From an uncultured Akkermansia sp. (GTDB lineage Bacteria > Verrucomicrobiota > Verrucomicrobiia > Opitutales > Opitutaceae), in NCBI GenBank assembly GCA_964438755.1, contig CAYTLL010000009.1:29518-93517 (forward strand): a stretch of 64,000 bases of DNA. The letters run 5' to 3'. Below the pieces are notes generated by a model, which made no database searches, was not told the DNA's origin, and saw nothing but the letters and a program-made list of their open reading frames with translations. The number at the start of each line of letters is the position of its first letter. Position 1 is the stretch's first letter. The position numbers and the translations under genes are program-made. Of the stretch, positions 60,645 to 64,000 are shown piece after piece.

Positions 60645-63600
60645 ATGAAACCTACCCCCCTAAGTCATCCGAATCGTATCGGGGCCTCTCGCCGCAAAGG
60701 CTTGAGCGCCCGATCGCAAAAGGCCTCCGCCACGCTCGGCGGTTCGCTCCTGGCGCTCTTGGCGCTGGCCTCGTCCGCGCACGCCGCGGTGGCCACCTGG
60801 GACGCCGGAGCCGGCACCCAAGATTGGAATACCGCCGCCAACTGGAGCGGTGATGTGTTCCCGACCGGCGCGTGGCCCGATGGCGTCGCCACCATCAACA
60901 CCGGAACCGGACTTTATCCGATCGTCAGCGCCGACTCGGCCTTCACGCCTTCGGACATCATCATCGGCACGGGAGCCGGTCAAACCGGCCGTCTGGACGT
61001 GACCGCGGGCACCGCTCGCACCGGCACCGGCAATTGGCTGATTCTGGGCGCCAACGGCGGCACCGGCAGCCTCAATGTTTCCGGCGGTAGTTTTAACGTC
61101 CAGGATCTCCACATCGGCCGCACCGCCAACTCCGGCACCGGCACCGTGACGGTGAGCGGCACCGGCGTGATCAACGCCGCGGGCGCCGTGGTGCTCGGCG
61201 ATGGCGACAGCGGCGACGACTCCGCGGTCGGCACGCTCAACGTGGACGCCGGCGGCACGGTCAACTCCGAGGGCGACCTTCTTCTCGCGTTCGCCGGAGC
61301 CAGCACCACCACCGGCACGGTCAACATCGCCGCGGGCGGCACGATCAACGTGGCCACCACCGTGAAGCGTTGGCTGATCATGAACATGTGGGATGGCACG
61401 AGCGGCACCCTGAACGTCAGCGGCGCCCTCAACCTAAACGCCAACACGGACATCCAGTTCAGCACCGGCTCCTGGGGACCCGGCGCCTCCAACGGCCCCA
61501 GCACGATCAACCTGAACGCGGGTTCGATCACCATGGGCGCCGGCTCGGTCGTTAACCTGAACAACAACGCCGATCGCGCGGTCGCCAACACGCTCAACCT
61601 CAACGGTGGCGTTCTCACCGCCGCCTCGATCGTGAGCGGCAAGGCCACCGGCGCCCGCGTCATCAACTTCAATGGCGGCACCCTGAAGGCCGCCGTCGAC
61701 AGCGCCACCTTCATCGGCGCCACCGCGGCCAGCGCGGCCAACGTGAAGGCCGGCGGCGCGATCATCGACACCAGCGGCTTCAACGTCACCATCGCCAAGG
61801 CGCTCACCGCCGACGCCACCTCGACCGGCGGCGGCCTCTCCAAGCTCGGTGGCGGCACCCTGACCCTCTCCGGGGTCAACACCTACACCGGCAACACCAC
61901 GGTGAACGCCGGCACCTTGGCCCTCTCCGACAACGCTTCGCTGAAGTTCGTCATCGGCGCCAACGGCGTGAATAACAAGATCACCGGAGGCGGCACCCTG
62001 ACCGTGGACGGCGACTTCGACTTCGATCTGACCGCCGCCGGCACCGCTTCCGGCAACTCCTGGCAGGTCGTGGACATCTCCACGCTGACCGAGACCTTCG
62101 GCTCGACCTTCACCGTCACCGGCTTCACCGCCAGCGGCGCCAAGTGGGTCAAGCCCGCCAACGGCACCTTCTACGAGTTCGACTCCGCCACCGGCGTCCT
62201 TCGCGTGATCGCCGATCCCGGCATCTCCTATCCCACGCCCACCGCCTCGGCCGGTTCTTACAACACGTCCTACCCGGTCGGCTCCGACATCGTCCTGAGC
62301 GTCTCCGCCAGCGGTCTCGGCGACCTCACCTACCAGTGGTATAAGGACGGCAGCCCGATCTCCGGCGCCACCGGCTCCACGCTGACCATCTCCGGCGTCA
62401 CGAACGCCAACGACGGCGTGTATTCGGTCGTCGTGACCGACCATGCCGCCGAGGCCTCCGGCCAGACGGCCAAGACCAGCACCGTCACCTTCTCGACGAT
62501 CTCGGTCCTCCCCGGCAGCAGCTTCGCCGTCGCCTACTATCGATTTGAAGAGGGCACCAACGGCGGCGCCGTCAGCTCCGCGACCGACTCGGCCGGCACC
62601 AACAACCTCACCGCCGTGGGCGCGACGACCTACACCTCGGCCAGCGTTCCCTACACCACCATTCCGGCGACCGGAGCGAGCAACGCCCTCGGCGCCAACT
62701 TCCCCGCCTCCGGCAGCAATGGTCTCGTGGCCCCCACCAGCGGCACCCTCGCCGACGCGGCCTTCACCGACTTCACCGTCGAGGCCTTCGTCCGTCTCAG
62801 TAGCCTGAGCGGCTGGCAGACCATCGTCGGTCGCGACGACACCGGCAACCCCGGCACCGGCGCCGGCGCCACCGCCCTGTTCTACCTCTCGAAGGCCGGC
62901 GCCGCCGTCGGTTCGGGCGCGAACAACGGCTTCCGCATCGAGCTCATCACCAAGGATAATGTGAGCCTCCAGGTGAACAGCACCTTCGTGCCGGTCATCG
63001 GCACCTGGTATCACGTGGCCGCGGTCGGCAACTCCTCCAACGGCACCCTCAAGCTCTACGTGAACGGCGCCGAGGTCGGTTCCACCAGCGGCTTCACCGG
63101 CCTGATGGCCCCCGCCTCGGGCGCCGACGCCCCCTGGACCATCGGTCGCGGCGACTACGGCGCGGCCGACGTCGACTTCTTCCGTGGCGACGTCGACGAG
63201 GTGCGCTTCTCGCGCGCCGCGCTCCCGGCCAGCCAGTTCCTCAACACCGCCAATGGCCTCGTGGTCGTGAATCCGACCCTGTCGCTCTCTCCGTCGGCCC
63301 AGACGATCGCCACCGGCGGTTCGACCACGCTGACGGCCACCGGCAGCTCGAACATGAGCGGCACGGTGAGCTACCAGTGGTATAAGGACGGCTCTCCGAT
63401 CTCCGGCCAGACCGGCTCGACCCTGAGCGTCAACGACTCCGGCTCCTACTCTGTCGTGGCCACGGACTCCAACAGCACCGCGGCCGGCTTCGCGATCGCC
63501 GCCACCGCGAATTCGGTGATCCGCGTCATCAGCCTCCCGGCCGCGGGCGCCCGCGCCATCGGTCTGAACTTCGTCGGCTCCAGCACCGGCGGCAACTACT

Positions 63601-64000
63601 CGACCGCCCTCGGCCCCATCGCCTCGGGCGTCTCCGCCGGCTTCTACGCCACGAGCAACTGGAACAACTCCGCGACGACCAATTACGTCGCCACCCAGGC
63701 TACCCCGCTCGCTCTTGCCGAGAACAACGGCTCGACCACGTTCGGCGCGTCCGCGACCTGGGCCTCGGCCAACACCTGGTCCGCGCGCAGCGCCACCGGC
63801 GATATCGCCACGGATCCGGCGGTGAAGACCTCCGACGCGATGCTCCTGCACGGCTACATCGAGTCGCGCGCCGCGACCGGCGCCACCGTGACCGTATCCA
63901 ACATCCCCTACGGAAGCTACGACGTCTATGTCTACGTCGCCGGCGGCGGCAGCGCCAACGTGGGCTCGGTCAGCCTCGACCGCGCGGGTTCTCCGACCTA
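60645..64000 (+). CDS. Large secreted PATR-repeat protein with Ig-like / LamG / Ig-like region (3' end beyond the window)
   Basis: I translated this by hand from the ATG at 60645 and found no in-frame stop through 64000, which is why it is absent from the ORF track. The N-terminus is MKPTPLSHPNRIGASRRKGLSARSQKASATLGGSLLALLALASSAHA. Beta-helix-like G/T/N-rich repeats follow. A PATR motif (SKLGGGTLTLSGVNTYTGNTTVNAGTLALS), two Ig-like modules (YQWYKDGSPISG) and a LamG-like module (DFTVEAFVRLSSLSGWQTIVGRDD...LKLYVNGAEV...GDVDEVRFS) are present. The long minus-strand ORFs here are antisense artefacts. Confidence 0.8.
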   Translation, partial: MKPTPLSHPNRIGASRRKGLSARSQKASATLGGSLLALLALASSAHAAVATWDAGAGTQDWNTAANWSGDVFPTGAWPDGVATINTGTGLYPIVSADSAFTPSDIIIGTGAGQTGRLDVTAGTARTGTGNWLILGANGGTGSLNVSGGSFNVQDLHIGRTANSGTGTVTVSGTGVINAAGAVVLGDGDSGDDSAVGTLNVDAGGTVNSEGDLLLAFAGASTTTGTVNIAAGGTINVATTVKRWLIMNMWDGTSGTLNVSGALNLNANTDIQFSTGSWGPGASNGPSTINLNAGSITMGAGSVVNLNNNADRAVANTLNLNGGVLTAASIVSGKATGARVINFNGGTLKAAVDSATFIGATAASAANVKAGGAIIDTSGFNVTIAKALTADATSTGGGLSKLGGGTLTLSGVNTYTGNTTVNAGTLALSDNASLKFVIGANGVNNKITGGGTLTVDGDFDFDLTAAGTASGNSWQVVDISTLTETFGSTFTVTGFTASGAKWVKPANGTFYEFDSATGVLRVIADPGISYPTPTASAGSYNTSYPVGSDIVLSVSASGLGDLTYQWYKDGSPISGATGSTLTISGVTNANDGVYSVVVTDHAAEASGQTAKTSTVTFSTISVLPGSSFAVAYYRFEEGTNGGAVSSATDSAGTNNLTAVGATTYTSASVPYTTIPATGASNALGANFPASGSNGLVAPTSGTLADAAFTDFTVEAFVRLSSLSGWQTIVGRDDTGNPGTGAGATALFYLSKAGAAVGSGANNGFRIELITKDNVSLQVNSTFVPVIGTWYHVAAVGNSSNGTLKLYVNGAEVGSTSGFTGLMAPASGADAPWTIGRGDYGAADVDFFRGDVDEVRFSRAALPASQFLNTANGLVVVNPTLSLSPSAQTIATGGSTTLTATGSSNMSGTVSYQWYKDGSPISGQTGSTLSVNDSGSYSVVATDSNSTAAGFAIAATANSVIRVISLPAAGARAIGLNFVGSSTGGNYSTALGPIASGVSAGFYATSNWNNSATTNYVATQATPLALAENNGSTTFGASATWASANTWSARSATGDIATDPAVKTSDAMLLHGYIESRAATGATVTVSNIPYGSYDVYVYVAGGGSANVGSVSLDRAGSPT

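Noticed and set aside
1-64000. Search for CRISPR arrays, tRNA/rRNA genes, transposases, integrases, phage or defence-system genes
   Set aside because: I saw no regularly spaced direct repeats, no cloverleaf-like or rRNA-like segments in the intergenic regions, and no DDE, tyrosine or serine recombinase, nuclease or ATPase signatures in any credible ORF. The only repeats are paralogous gene segments and domain-level repeats.

Overview
High-GC (roughly two-thirds G+C by eye) bacterial chromosome segment. The gene content suggests Verrucomicrobiota/Opitutales: autotransporter-associated beta-strand (PATR) repeat proteins, many LamG/ricin/FN3 giant secreted proteins, and TIGR02999-type ECF sigma factors paired with Ser/Thr kinases. 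This taxon call is inference only. Positions 1-10 kb hold housekeeping genes: aroE, a SirB1-like protein, yggS, a LysR regulator, a GT2 glycosyltransferase, a TlpA-like oxidoreductase, a YkgJ-like protein and a YdiJ-like FAD/Fe-S oxidoreductase. From about 10.4 kb to the right edge the window is one large accessory glycan-degradation island. It carries two GH127/146-type beta-L-arabinofuranosidases, two GH51 alpha-L-arabinofuranosidases, four GH43-type genes (two with AbfB/CBM42 tails), a GH27+NPCBM enzyme and a GH128-like PATR protein. It also carries an astacin-type metalloprotease and a tandem pair of large proteins with an unassigned hydrolase-like N-terminal domain. A giant 3xLamG + PQQ-sugar-dehydrogenase-like + dihaem protein and a 5'-truncated GH31 remnant are present as well. 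Regulation appears layered: a GntR-HTH/PBP regulator, an AraC regulator, and two paralogous ECF sigma + membrane Ser/Thr kinase modules with no anti-sigma gene. The most interesting candidates are the kinase-coupled ECF modules embedded in the CAZyme island, the LamG-dehydrogenase-cytochrome fusion, and the unassigned catalytic domain of the tandem paralogs. Also of interest are a shared C-terminal module on the giant proteins and a 160-bp perfectly identical inverted block inside two diverged GH43 paralogs. I found no rRNA, tRNA, CRISPR array, transposase or integrase. All family assignments rest on motifs read by eye; no database search was run. Many long ORFs in the track are antisense artefacts of the high GC content.
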